A stretch of 42,516 nucleotides of DNA from a virus. A program made the position numbers and the translations under genes. The stretch is from the UHGV virus genome UHGV-0390922; one strand, 5' to 3'. The notes beneath the pieces were generated by a model, which worked only from the letters and a program-made list of their open reading frames with translations, was not told the origin of the DNA and did not search any database. Shown piece after piece: positions 27,787-37,222 of this stretch (position 1 is its first letter; each line of letters opens with the position of its first letter).

Positions 27787-28026
27787 AATCATTCCTCCTT
27801 AATTTGTTGCGACGTCGCGCATTTTTGGGTACCAAAATACACCTGTACAGGTGCACGGAGGTATGGTACAATATGGGTGTTCAGATTATATTGTATTGGC
27901 CTCCGGGCCTGTACAGAAATTTATTTAAAGCCGTTCCTGTTGGCGCAGGGGCGGTTTTTATCTTTGAAGCGATGATAATAATAGCAATACTAAATGTGGT
28001 CTCGCTAGTTTGAACTTATGTGGGGA

Positions 28027-28947
28027 CTATTGTATCCACTCTCCGTTCTTATTGACTCTGTAACCATCGGGAGTGGTAGTATCTTCTAACATAGCTCCAT
28101 TGTGATCCATAAAATAATACGCATTGTTGATTAAATTCCACCCAGTTACCATTTCACCGTTTGACTTTAAGTAATACCATTTTCCTTCAACTTTCTTCCA
28201 ACCTGTTATCATATTTCCTTCAGTATCAAATAGATACCACTTGTCTTGGATATATGCCCATTGTGACGTTGCCATTAAATTATTACTTAATCTAAGGTGC
28301 CAATTATTATTTTTGTGTTCCCATTGCCCTTCGTATATATGGGGGCCTTTTATAATTAGACCATTATCCCAAATTGCAGACGATGAACTAGAAGAACTGT
28401 TGTATTCTGGTTCAGAATATCCAGAATAAACAGTTGGGATAATTCGGATTTTATTTGAATCTATCCAGCAGAATCCATTGGGGTTTGTATCATAATCAAT
28501 GATAACAGAAACATAGCATTGTCCCTCTTCGCCGTATCTATTTGATGGAGTTCCTGCTATTGCTGATTTAAAATCCATACGTCCATTCAATCCAGATGGG
28601 CTATCATAAATACCTACTTTTATTGATATCCCATCTGGATCAGGAAGGCAATTACGAATATAGGAGCGGACGGAGTTTTTTGTGTTAGCAACAGACATAG
28701 AAATTCCATCATTTTCAAGGGTCTGTAATTTCTCTTTGCATATTTCAATAGTTTCATTAAACAGTATCTCTAAATGATCAGTTTCGGTTACATCTGTATA
28801 TTTACCAGACGGTACTTCTACTACATCTGCATTTGAAGGTGTCATTGTGCCTGCTCCAAAAGAAGATAAAGTAAAAAGCGCAGAAAACCCTACAGTTAAA
28901 ATCGTTTGGGAAAAGGTTTTTAAGTTACTTGTTTTCTTTATGCTCAT
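28027..28947 (-). CDS. secreted protein with C-terminal cell-wall-binding (CW_binding_1) repeats; moron
   Basis: Signal peptide MSIKKTSNLKTFSQTILTVGFSALFTLSSFGAG. C-terminal WYLFDTEGNMITGWKKVEGKWYYLKSNGEMVTGW repeats. GGGAGGA RBS. AT-rich. Sits between the repressor and int in the same orientation. Confidence 0.6.
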   Translation of the reverse strand: MSIKKTSNLKTFSQTILTVGFSALFTLSSFGAGTMTPSNADVVEVPSGKYTDVTETDHLEILFNETIEICKEKLQTLENDGISMSVANTKNSVRSYIRNCLPDPDGISIKVGIYDSPSGLNGRMDFKSAIAGTPSNRYGEEGQCYVSVIIDYDTNPNGFCWIDSNKIRIIPTVYSGYSEPEYNSSSSSSSAIWDNGLIIKGPHIYEGQWEHKNNNWHLRLSNNLMATSQWAYIQDKWYLFDTEGNMITGWKKVEGKWYYLKSNGEMVTGWNLINNAYYFMDHNGAMLEDTTTPDGYRVNKNGEWIQ

Positions 28948-28982
28948 AGTATCCTCCCTTTTATTAAAACGCCAGAGGCGAT

Positions 28983-30236
28983 TCAATATATTACTTTTCC
29001 GATTACTTTCCCCATACAAACCACATTGTCGTTTTCACGTATGGGAATATTTTTATATTCCTTATTTTTGGAAATAAGTTCCTTTTCGCCTAATTCTTTA
29101 ATAAAAGCATCCCCATTCACTATAAACACGCCAATATCTCCAACATACATTTCAGCATCCCTTTGTACCAGAGCAATGTCCTCATTGAAAAAATCAGGTT
29201 CCATGCTGTCACCATTCACATCAATAGCAAAATCAGCCGCTTCGTACTCTGGCAGAGCCGGAAGCTCTATTTCGTCCTCTGCCTCATTTCCAAGAATAAA
29301 GATCCCTGTTCCTGCGGATGCGCCGGCCCGGAAGTAAGGGAGGGCAATAATCTTGCTTTCCTGCTTAGGGTGAAATTCAACAATGGTGGCAGAAGTTGGG
29401 GACTGGATGTACTTATATCCTTGTTCTTCTTCCATTTTTTGAACTGCCAAAAGGCTGTTAGAGTAGTCAATAACCTTCTTTTTGTTAAGATCTGAAAGCT
29501 GTTCGTAGTTTTCCATGAGTTTTTTTGCCCCACCATAGAATTTAAGAAGATTTTGTGCCGGTTTAATGACTTTCTCGTCAGACGCTTCTTTGCCAGAGCA
29601 GGATTCATCAAATCTTGTCAATCCCATAAGATAAGCGGGAGTTGTTTCAAGAACATGAGCAAATTCAAATACCTTACTTTGAACTATGTCATTTGTCCCA
29701 TTTTCTATTTTAGCTATAGTTGTTTTACTTTTGTAGCCAAGCTTTACTGCAAGTTCTTCTTGTGTCATTCCAAGTTCTTCACGTCTTGCGCGTATTCTCT
29801 TTCCTATTTCTGGCATATTGGAATCTCCCGTCTCATGCAATTCAGATAGCTGTAGATACATCTTTTCGAAGACTTTTGATGCACGCTTCGATACTTCTGG
29901 CAGAGTCTGTTTTAAGGCTTCTTGTTCTTCAGCTGTCAAGTCATAATTATTATTTTGTAATTTTTTTAATGCAGAATTAAAAGGACAGGTAGTAGGTGTT
30001 TCATTAAAATTGATTGTTTTTGCTCGTTCCATAGGAACGTCTGCACCCATAAGCCATGCTTCATTAACATTTAACGCTTGCGCTAAGAGAAAAATATTAT
30101 TCTGTTTTGGCTCATACCGGCCAGAAAGGTATGAACTTAGAGCACCTTTGTTTATGCCAGTTTTTTCAACGACATCGGCTTGTCGTAATCCTCTAATAGT
30201 CATCCCTTCTTTAAGCCTATCAGCTAGTGTCTTCAT
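28983..30236 (-). CDS. CI-like repressor: two XRE-type HTH domains plus S24 (LexA-like) peptidase
   Basis: Two HTH segments (LRQADVVEKTGINKGALSSYLSG and MTQEELAVKLGYKSKTTIAKIENG). C-terminal GDSMEP...K peptidase S24 motif. GGAGGT RBS. Confidence 0.8.
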   Translation of the reverse strand: MKTLADRLKEGMTIRGLRQADVVEKTGINKGALSSYLSGRYEPKQNNIFLLAQALNVNEAWLMGADVPMERAKTINFNETPTTCPFNSALKKLQNNNYDLTAEEQEALKQTLPEVSKRASKVFEKMYLQLSELHETGDSNMPEIGKRIRARREELGMTQEELAVKLGYKSKTTIAKIENGTNDIVQSKVFEFAHVLETTPAYLMGLTRFDESCSGKEASDEKVIKPAQNLLKFYGGAKKLMENYEQLSDLNKKKVIDYSNSLLAVQKMEEEQGYKYIQSPTSATIVEFHPKQESKIIALPYFRAGASAGTGIFILGNEAEDEIELPALPEYEAADFAIDVNGDSMEPDFFNEDIALVQRDAEMYVGDIGVFIVNGDAFIKELGEKELISKNKEYKNIPIRENDNVVCMGKVIGKVIY

Positions 30237-30406
30237 TTGGAATACCTCCATTAACTCCATATTAGCATAAATGTTCAGAAAACACAACAATCAAATCAGA
30301 TAAACCAACAAAAAGTTTTGAAAACTAAAAACAAGTATTGACAAGAGAGAAGACGGGTGCTAAAATCATGTTGTTTAGATAACTAAACGAAAGCGAGGTG
30401 ATAGAG
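30237..30406. promoter_or_regulatory. divergent repressor/cro promoter-operator region
   Basis: + strand TTGACA-17-TAAAAT at 30338..30366. - strand TTGTGT-17-TAATAT. Near-palindromic AAAGTTTTGAAAACTAAAAAC at 30311..30331, repeated after cro at about 30612..30632. Confidence 0.5.
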
Positions 30407-30622
30407 ATGGCGTGGGACTACAGAATGCTGAGGGGGAAAATTCGAGAAGTATGTGAAACGCAAGACATATTTGCAGATAAGCTTGGAATTGGTCGAGTTT
30501 CACTAAGTCAACGCTTAAATAATAAGCTGGAGTTTTCACAGGATGAAATTTTTAAAGCGTGTGAGATACTCGGTTTGTCTCAAGCGGAGATTCCTACATA
30601 TTTTTTTAATCAAAAAGTTTAG
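30407..30622 (+). CDS. Cro-like HTH regulator
   Basis: 72 aa, divergent from the repressor, HTH-like DIFADKLGIGRVSLSQRLNN. Confidence 0.55.
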   Translation: MAWDYRMLRGKIREVCETQDIFADKLGIGRVSLSQRLNNKLEFSQDEIFKACEILGLSQAEIPTYFFNQKV

Positions 30623-30651
30623 AAAACTAAAACCGAAGGAGGACACATAAA

Positions 30652-31491
30652 ATGCATGAGTTAATGATTTTTGAAGGCCACGAAGTAGAAGTATTCGAAC
30701 TGAATGGAGCCGTACTTTTTAATCCGTATCATGTGGGGGAGTGTCTTGATATGGCACCTGGAACTGTGAAGGATCACATGAGCAAGATGAATAAAAAGCA
30801 GGTTGTAAAGGTAAAAAATTCGGATGTCGGTTTAACCAACTTCCGAAAATTGAACAACGCAGGTGAGAATTTCCTTACCGAGAGCGGCGTGTATAAGTTG
30901 GTTTTTAAAAGCCGCAAACCAAATGCAGAAGCCTTTACCGATTGGGTAACTGATGAGGTTCTTCCAGCGCTGCGTAAGACTGGTACATATGAAATGCCAA
31001 AAGCTAAAAAGAACAAATCGAACCGTACCGCATTATCCTCAGCTAACATGATGGTTAAAAATGTCATGAGCGTTTTGGAAAAGGCAAAAGTTGAACCTGT
31101 ATTTATTGCTGCTGAGGTAAAACGCCTGTATACAGATCTGGGATACGAGGTAAAGGCTCCTCTGGTAACGGATAAAGAGACCATGCCAAAGCTTTATGAT
31201 TGTACAGAGATAGCCAGGGAACTGGGGATCTATTCCACTAATAACAATCCACATAATCAGGCCGTAAGCGTTATTATCAAGAAATTACATATACCAGACA
31301 GCGAGATCATCATTACAGCATTTAGTCGGAATGGACATGATGATGTAACGATTCAGTACAAGCCATCCGTTTTGAAAGATATGAGATCGTGGCTGGCAGA
31401 AAACAACTACCCAACAAGAATTCCTTATGAAAATTCAAAGGGAAATCAAAAGGTTTGTACAGTAGTGTACCGCAATGCAGGCAGAGGCTGA
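30652..31491 (+). CDS. antirepressor with Bro-N domain
   Basis: N-terminal LMIFEGHEVEVF...FTDWVTDEVLPALRKTGTY matches the Bro-N/AntA signature. Confidence 0.7.
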   Translation: MHELMIFEGHEVEVFELNGAVLFNPYHVGECLDMAPGTVKDHMSKMNKKQVVKVKNSDVGLTNFRKLNNAGENFLTESGVYKLVFKSRKPNAEAFTDWVTDEVLPALRKTGTYEMPKAKKNKSNRTALSSANMMVKNVMSVLEKAKVEPVFIAAEVKRLYTDLGYEVKAPLVTDKETMPKLYDCTEIARELGIYSTNNNPHNQAVSVIIKKLHIPDSEIIITAFSRNGHDDVTIQYKPSVLKDMRSWLAENNYPTRIPYENSKGNQKVCTVVYRNAGRG

Positions 31492-31511
31492 GGAAAGGGA
31501 GGTAATACAGC

Positions 31512-31730
31512 ATGGTAGCACCATATCAACCATTATACACGGTTAAAGAAGCGTCGCTGGTTTTGCGGGTCAATACCTCAAAGGTATATGAGCTGATAAA
31601 CACTGGACAGCTGCCCTACCTGTTATTAGGGCAGAAAAAGATCCGGGGTTCGGATCTGGAGAGATTCATTGAGAAATATCCGGTCGCAGAGCCGGCAGTA
31701 GGAGGAGACAATGGAAGCAATCAAACATAA
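31512..31730 (+). CDS. excisionase-like HTH_17 (MerR-like) DNA-binding protein
   Basis: YTVKEASLVLRVNTSKVYELINTGQLPYLLLGQKKIR motif. Confidence 0.55.
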   Translation: MVAPYQPLYTVKEASLVLRVNTSKVYELINTGQLPYLLLGQKKIRGSDLERFIEKYPVAEPAVGGDNGSNQT

Positions 31731-31932
31731 CCCCCAGCCAGAGGCCCCCATCACCATCACCCCGGAGGAATATGACGACATCCTGGCACTGGGCGGCCTG
31801 GTAGGGGATGAGCTTCAGAGATACCGCCAGGACAACCGCTGGGCGTGGAACCTGGCCGCGGCGATGGCGTTCCTGCTGGGAGCGGAATCAGTGGTGCTGT
31901 TTCTGGTGGCGTATGGCGTGATCGCGCTGTGA
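31711..31932 (+). CDS. hypothetical small membrane protein
   Basis: C-terminal hydrophobic helix. Confidence 0.3.
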   Translation: MEAIKHNPQPEAPITITPEEYDDILALGGLVGDELQRYRQDNRWAWNLAAAMAFLLGAESVVLFLVAYGVIAL

Positions 31933-31948
31933 AGGGAGGTGAGGAAGG

Positions 31949-32272
31949 ATGAATCAGAGATTGAAGCGTAAGGCGAAGAAACGCAGGAGGCAGCAGATCT
32001 GCGAGGCCCTGGATCTGTGTTTGCAGATCAACGGGCTGCAGAAGAGTAAGCGGAGTCTTACAGGGGATCACCCCACAGCGTTCTTTAGTTTTAGAGGTCA
32101 TGTCGCAGAGGTGACGGTGGAAACTTATGCGACTGGCTGGGAGCCTGGTATGGATGCAGATAAGTACCTTGATGCATATCTGGACAGCCCAGGCCAGATG
32201 GACAAGCTGTTCAAGGATCTTAAGCAACTGAAAAAGGACCTGCACAGCGGGAACTGTGATGGGTCCAGATAA
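31949..32272 (+). CDS. hypothetical protein
   Basis: Basic N-terminus. GGAAGG RBS. Confidence 0.35.
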   Translation: MNQRLKRKAKKRRRQQICEALDLCLQINGLQKSKRSLTGDHPTAFFSFRGHVAEVTVETYATGWEPGMDADKYLDAYLDSPGQMDKLFKDLKQLKKDLHSGNCDGSR

Positions 32273-32333
32273 CAAATAGTACACCCTTATTATAAGGGAG
32301 AATGAGCGAGGAATCAAGGAGGATTTTAAGACA

Positions 32334-32792
32334 ATGACAATGACAGTAACATTTAACAGCTTCGATGAGATGGTGGACTTTGCAAAAAACCTGGCAGGAC
32401 AGGGACACGAATCCGTGAAACAGCCGACCTTTGTCCAGGAACCCGCACAGCCGGCGGCACCGATGGTCCCGACAACTCCAGTAACGTCTGCCCCAGCAGC
32501 ACCTGCTGCGCCCGCACCTTTCCCAACAGCACCAGCGGCTCCGGCAGCGATTCCCACAACGCCAGTGCCGCCAGCTCCCGCAGCGACGGTTCCTACGGCT
32601 GTACCGACATCCACCCACACCTATACACCGGATGATCTGGCGAAAGCAGCCATGCTGCTGATGGATTCCGGTAAACAGCAGGAACTGATCGCGCTTCTGG
32701 GACAGTTCGGCGCTGCAGCGATCCCGGAACTGCGGCCGGAGCAGTACGGGGCATTTGCGACAGCGCTTCGCGGAATGGGGGCGCAGATCTGA
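32334..32792 (+). CDS. hypothetical protein with central Pro/Ala-rich linker
   Basis: N- and C-terminal globular segments joined by a PAAPA/PTTPV repeat tract. Confidence 0.4.
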   Translation: MTMTVTFNSFDEMVDFAKNLAGQGHESVKQPTFVQEPAQPAAPMVPTTPVTSAPAAPAAPAPFPTAPAAPAAIPTTPVPPAPAATVPTAVPTSTHTYTPDDLAKAAMLLMDSGKQQELIALLGQFGAAAIPELRPEQYGAFATALRGMGAQI

Positions 32793-33991
32793 TGGGACAC
32801 GCAGAGAGAAAACATTCCCTTCTCAGCCCGTCTGGGGCGTACCAGTGGATGGCCTGCACGCCGAGCGCCATGCTGGCAAGGCAATTCCCGGATACCGGAT
32901 CGCCGGCGGCGGCTGAGGGGACGCTGGCCCATGAGCTGGCGGAACTGAAGATCCGTAACTATGCTCACACCGTCGAGTTTGGAAAGAGGAAACTTACAGC
33001 TGCCATAAAAAAGCTTAAGGAAAATGAACTCTGGGACGACGAGATGATGCGCTACACGGATGATTACCTGGATTACATCAAGGCCATTGCCCTGAAATTC
33101 CCCGCTTCCCCCCATGTGGATATTGAACGGAGGGTGTCCCTGGACAGGTACATACCGCACCTTCCGGATGAGGGTGAGGCCTCTGGGTCTGCGGACTGTA
33201 TCCTGGTTGGGAACGGGATTATCCATGTGATTGATTTTAAATATGGGAAAAGCCCGGACGGCCGCGTAAGCGCGGAATGGAACCCGCAAATGCTGCTGTA
33301 TGCGCTGGGTGCGTATGAAGCCTACCGGGTCCTGTACCGGATCGAAACCGTCCGTATGAGCATCGTACAGCCCCGGCTTCCAGACGGGCTCTCTGAGTGG
33401 GAGTGCTCCCTGGATGAGCTGCTGCAGTTTGGGGAGTATGTAAAGGAACGGGCTGCGCTGGCGATCAAAGGGGAAGGGGAGTTCAAGCCAGCCCCAAAAA
33501 CCTGTAGGTACTGCCGTGCAAGAGGGGAGTGCAAGGCCCGCGCAGAAAAGAACGTGGAACTGGCATTTTTAACCGGGACAGATCCCACCCTTATTTCCGA
33601 CACGGAGATGGGGGATTATCTGAGGAAAGGCAGGGACGTGGCCCGCTGGCTGTCGGATATCCAGGAGGCGGCGCTTAAAAAGTGCCTGGCCGGAAAGATG
33701 GTCCCGGGATGGAAGGCAGTGGAGGGCAGGAGCACCCGGGTATGGACCGACGTGGATGAGGCATTTGGTATTCTCGAGTCCAGAGGGGTACCCCAGGAGA
33801 TCCTGTGGGAGAGAAGGCCGCTTACCGTAGCCCAGGCGGAAAAGGTACTGGGGAAAAAGGAGTTTGCCGAGAAGGCAGAAGACTGTGTTGTAAAGAAACC
33901 GGGAAATCCGGCGTTAGTGGAGGAGTCCGATAAACGGCCGGCAATCACAAACAAAGTAAGCGCCGCTGAGGCGTTCAAGGAGGAATGCTGA
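32792..33991 (+). CDS. PD-(D/E)xK nuclease, DUF2800 / Cas4-like
   Basis: N-terminal ERKHSLLSPSGAYQWMACTPS and C-terminal CRYC...GEC cysteine cluster. Conserved partner of DUF2815 and PolA in phage replication modules. Confidence 0.7.
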   Translation: MGHAERKHSLLSPSGAYQWMACTPSAMLARQFPDTGSPAAAEGTLAHELAELKIRNYAHTVEFGKRKLTAAIKKLKENELWDDEMMRYTDDYLDYIKAIALKFPASPHVDIERRVSLDRYIPHLPDEGEASGSADCILVGNGIIHVIDFKYGKSPDGRVSAEWNPQMLLYALGAYEAYRVLYRIETVRMSIVQPRLPDGLSEWECSLDELLQFGEYVKERAALAIKGEGEFKPAPKTCRYCRARGECKARAEKNVELAFLTGTDPTLISDTEMGDYLRKGRDVARWLSDIQEAALKKCLAGKMVPGWKAVEGRSTRVWTDVDEAFGILESRGVPQEILWERRPLTVAQAEKVLGKKEFAEKAEDCVVKKPGNPALVEESDKRPAITNKVSAAEAFKEEC

Positions 33992-34102
33992 TGTGTGAAA
34001 TGATTTGGCGCAGGTTTGAACTGACTACACAAAATGAACAGGAAAAAAAGGAACTGGAAAGGATCCTGGATGAGAAAAACCTTTCCAGAAAGGAACTTGC
34101 GG

Positions 34103-34402
34103 CTATATTGTTTGGTCTTCGCGTTCAACCCGGATTTTCTCGGAAAGATTTTGGTATTTAAAGGCATAATGCCCCAGAGCATCTTTCAAGAACTTTACGG
34201 GAATATCGTGGTAAATGCCAACTAACATACGCGGATTTTCTTTCCAGATATATAAGCTGCATTTCCCGGAAACAGACTGAATACCGGAGATTTCAAATTC
34301 ATAGCCGTTATCCAACCTCCGGTAAATGATAGATTCCCGATCCAATCTCCGTACTATATACGGATTGCCAAGAGAAGATACAAGTTTTTGCAATAGTGAC
34401 AT
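34103..34402 (-). CDS. hypothetical protein, antisense-oriented insert with its own promoter
   Basis: ATG at 34402 with AAAGGAGGG RBS. - strand TTGATA-17-TACAAT promoter at about 34410..34450. AT-rich island between GC-rich neighbours. Confidence 0.45.
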   Translation of the reverse strand: MSLLQKLVSSLGNPYIVRRLDRESIIYRRLDNGYEFEISGIQSVSGKCSLYIWKENPRMLVGIYHDIPVKFLKDALGHYAFKYQNLSEKIRVEREDQTI

Positions 34403-34478
34403 GGTAAAAACCCTCCTTTGAATTTTAGCACCATTGTAAATTGATTCTGAGAGGATATCAACAGAAAGGAAGAATAAC

Positions 34479-35168
34479 ATGAATGAATTAACAAACGTAA
34501 CAACCGGAGAAGTAAGACTGGGCTATGTGCATCTGTTCAAGCCCTATGCGGCCATGCAGGGGCAGGAGGAGAAATACAGCTGCACGATCCTAGTACCAAA
34601 GACGGACACAGACACCATGGCCCGGATCAACGCTGCCATTGAGGCGGCCAAGCAGAGGGGGATCTCTGACAAATGGGGCGGTGTATGCCCGCCGATCGTA
34701 CCAACCCCGGTCTATGATGGCGACGGTGTAAGGCCGTCTGACGGTATGGCCTTTGGCCCGGAGTGTAAAGGGCACTGGGTATTCACAGCCAGCGCAAAGG
34801 CCGATTACCCGCCGGAGATCGTGGACCGCATGGCAAACCCGATTATCAACCAGTCTGAGGTTTACAGCGGGATGTACGGTCGTGTGAACGTAACCTTCTT
34901 CCCGTATGCGTTCGGCGGCAAGAAGGGGATCGGCTGCGGCCTGGGTCCGGTCCAGAAACTGCGTGACGGGGAGGCTCTGGGCGGAAGTGCCCCGACAGCT
35001 GCACAGGCCTTCGGGACCCCGCAGCCCCAGACAGCGGCCCCTCAGTACGTGGCCTCTGCGGGAGCACAGAATCCCGCAGAGGCACAGGCACCGTGGGGGC
35101 AGCCGGCACAGGCACCGTGGGGGCAGCCGGCAGGCGGGGTCAACCCGCTGACAGGTATGCCGTATTAA
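34479..35168 (+). CDS. DUF2815 ssDNA-binding-like protein
   Basis: N-terminal VRLGYVHLFKPYA signature. C-terminal repeated AQAPWGQPA tail. Confidence 0.65.
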   Translation: MNELTNVTTGEVRLGYVHLFKPYAAMQGQEEKYSCTILVPKTDTDTMARINAAIEAAKQRGISDKWGGVCPPIVPTPVYDGDGVRPSDGMAFGPECKGHWVFTASAKADYPPEIVDRMANPIINQSEVYSGMYGRVNVTFFPYAFGGKKGIGCGLGPVQKLRDGEALGGSAPTAAQAFGTPQPQTAAPQYVASAGAQNPAEAQAPWGQPAQAPWGQPAGGVNPLTGMPY

Positions 35169-35217
35169 ACAGAAAGGTATGAGGGCCGTAAGGCCCTCAT
35201 TATGACAGGAGGAAGAT

Positions 35218-37206
35218 ATGACAGAACACCATTTGAGCATAGACATTGAAACGCGCAGCAGCGTGGATATCGGCAAGGCAGGGCTCTATAAATACGCCCA
35301 GTCCCCTGATTTCAGCGTCCTCCTGTTCGCTTACCAGATCGATACGTTTCCCGTAGAGATTATAGACCTTTCCTGCGGGGAAACGATACCGGAACGCATC
35401 AAGCGGATGCTGGACGATCCGGGAGTGGTCAAGCACGCTTACAATGCGGCATTTGAGTGGTACTGTCTGAACCGGGCAGGCTACAAAACACCACTGGGAC
35501 AGTGGCGCTGTACCATGGTCCATGGACTGTACTGCGGGTATACAGCCGGGCTGGACGCCACCGGAAAGGCCATCGGACTGCCGCAGGATAAGCAGAAGCT
35601 TTCCATCGGCAAGGCGCTGATCCGGTACTTCTGCGTCCCCTGCAAGCCCACCAGGGCCAACGGGAACCGCGCCTGGAACCAGCCGCACCACGCACCGGAG
35701 AAATGGCAGCTGTTCAAGGAATACTGCAAGCAGGATGTTGTGACAGAACATGAGATCTTAAAACGGCTGGACCAGTTCCCCATGCCGGAGGCGGAACAGC
35801 ACCAGTGGAGGCTGGACGTCATTATGAACGCATACGGGGTCCGTGTGGACACAAAGCTGATCGAGGGCGCCCTGTATATGAACGATATCAGTACCCGGGA
35901 GCTGACGGAGGAAGCCGTCCGGATCACCGGTCTGGGGAACCCGAACAGCGGGGCCCAGCTGGTACCATGGTTAAATGAGAAGTGCGGCAGGGAGCAGTTC
36001 GCGGATATCCAGAAAGCCACCGTGGCAGAAGCCCTGGAGAGCCGGGAGGAATATCCGGAGGACGTACAGCGTATGCTTGAGATCCGGCAGCAATTGGGAA
36101 AGACATCCATTAAGAAGTATACCGCCATGGACACAGCAAAAGGGGAGGGAGACCGGGTGCGGGGCCTGACCCAGTATTACGGGGCCAACCGGACCGGACG
36201 CTGGGCCGGGCGTCTGGTGCAGATGCAGAACCTTCCCAGGAACTATCTCAAGACCTTGGATTATGCCAGGGGATTGGTGAAGCGGAAGGATTATGCAGGG
36301 CTCCGCCTGCTGTACGGAAACGTGCCCGACACGCTGTCCCAGCTGATCCGCACAGCGTTCATCCCTTCGGAGGGGCACAAGTTCGTTGTATCGGATTTCT
36401 CTGCTATTGAGGCCCGTGTGATTGCCTGGCTGGCGGGGGAACAGTGGGTCAATGAGGTATTTGCCACCCATGGGAAGATCTATGAGGCAACCGCGGCACA
36501 GATGTTTGGCGTGCCGGTGGACCGGATCGCAAAGGGCAACCCGGAATACTCCCTCCGCCAGAAAGGAAAGGTGGCAACGCTGGCCCTTGGCTACCAGGGA
36601 GGGACTTCGGCCCTGATCGCCATGGGGGCCCTGAACATGGGCCTTACAGAGGACGAACTCCCGGACATCGTAACCCGGTGGAGGCAGGCCAACCCGCGGA
36701 TCCGGGACCTGTGGTATGCAGTGGAGAACGCGGCCCTTGCGGTGATGCAGACCGCGCAGCCCCAGGCTATCTATGGCCTGATCTTCGCCCTTGAGGGGGA
36801 CATCCTGTACGGCCAGACCTTCCTCACCGTGCGCCTGCCAAGCGGCAGGAAATTGTTCTACCCGAAACCGTTTTTAAAAGAGAACCCGTTCGGGAAACTG
36901 GCGCTTCATTATTACACAGTGGGCCAGCAGACAAGGAAGTGGGAGGTGGCGTCCACCTACGGCGGGAAACTGACGGAGAACATTGTGCAGGCGATTGCGC
37001 GGGACTGCCTGGCAGTTACGCTGGAACGGATCGCAGAAAAGGGCCTGCAGGTGGTATTCCATGTGCACGATGAGGTGATCATTGACGCCCCTATGAAGAC
37101 CACAGTGGAAGAGATCTGTGATCTGATGGCAGAACCGATTGACTGGGCTCCGGGCCTGATCCTAAAGGGCGCAGGCTTTGAGAGTAGTTATTACATGAAG
37201 GATTAA
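35218..37206 (+). CDS. family A DNA polymerase with 3'-5' exonuclease domain
   Basis: Exo I DIETRS. Motif A DFSAIEARV. Motif B RQKGKVATLALGYQGG. Motif C HVHDEVI. Confidence 0.9.
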   Translation: MTEHHLSIDIETRSSVDIGKAGLYKYAQSPDFSVLLFAYQIDTFPVEIIDLSCGETIPERIKRMLDDPGVVKHAYNAAFEWYCLNRAGYKTPLGQWRCTMVHGLYCGYTAGLDATGKAIGLPQDKQKLSIGKALIRYFCVPCKPTRANGNRAWNQPHHAPEKWQLFKEYCKQDVVTEHEILKRLDQFPMPEAEQHQWRLDVIMNAYGVRVDTKLIEGALYMNDISTRELTEEAVRITGLGNPNSGAQLVPWLNEKCGREQFADIQKATVAEALESREEYPEDVQRMLEIRQQLGKTSIKKYTAMDTAKGEGDRVRGLTQYYGANRTGRWAGRLVQMQNLPRNYLKTLDYARGLVKRKDYAGLRLLYGNVPDTLSQLIRTAFIPSEGHKFVVSDFSAIEARVIAWLAGEQWVNEVFATHGKIYEATAAQMFGVPVDRIAKGNPEYSLRQKGKVATLALGYQGGTSALIAMGALNMGLTEDELPDIVTRWRQANPRIRDLWYAVENAALAVMQTAQPQAIYGLIFALEGDILYGQTFLTVRLPSGRKLFYPKPFLKENPFGKLALHYYTVGQQTRKWEVASTYGGKLTENIVQAIARDCLAVTLERIAEKGLQVVFHVHDEVIIDAPMKTTVEEICDLMAEPIDWAPGLILKGAGFESSYYMKD

Positions 37207-37222
37207 GAGGAGGAAAGGGAAG

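Noticed and set aside
31757-33289. Several long - strand ORFs (31757..32620, 32220..32618, 32621..33289)
   Set aside because: They are antisense to the GC-rich + strand genes. Their composition is repetitive Gly/Arg/Cys. No RBS is present. They are artefacts of high GC.
35200-36471. - strand ORFs antisense to the DNA polymerase gene
   Set aside because: They lie fully inside PolA, which is supported by motifs A/B/C. They are spurious.
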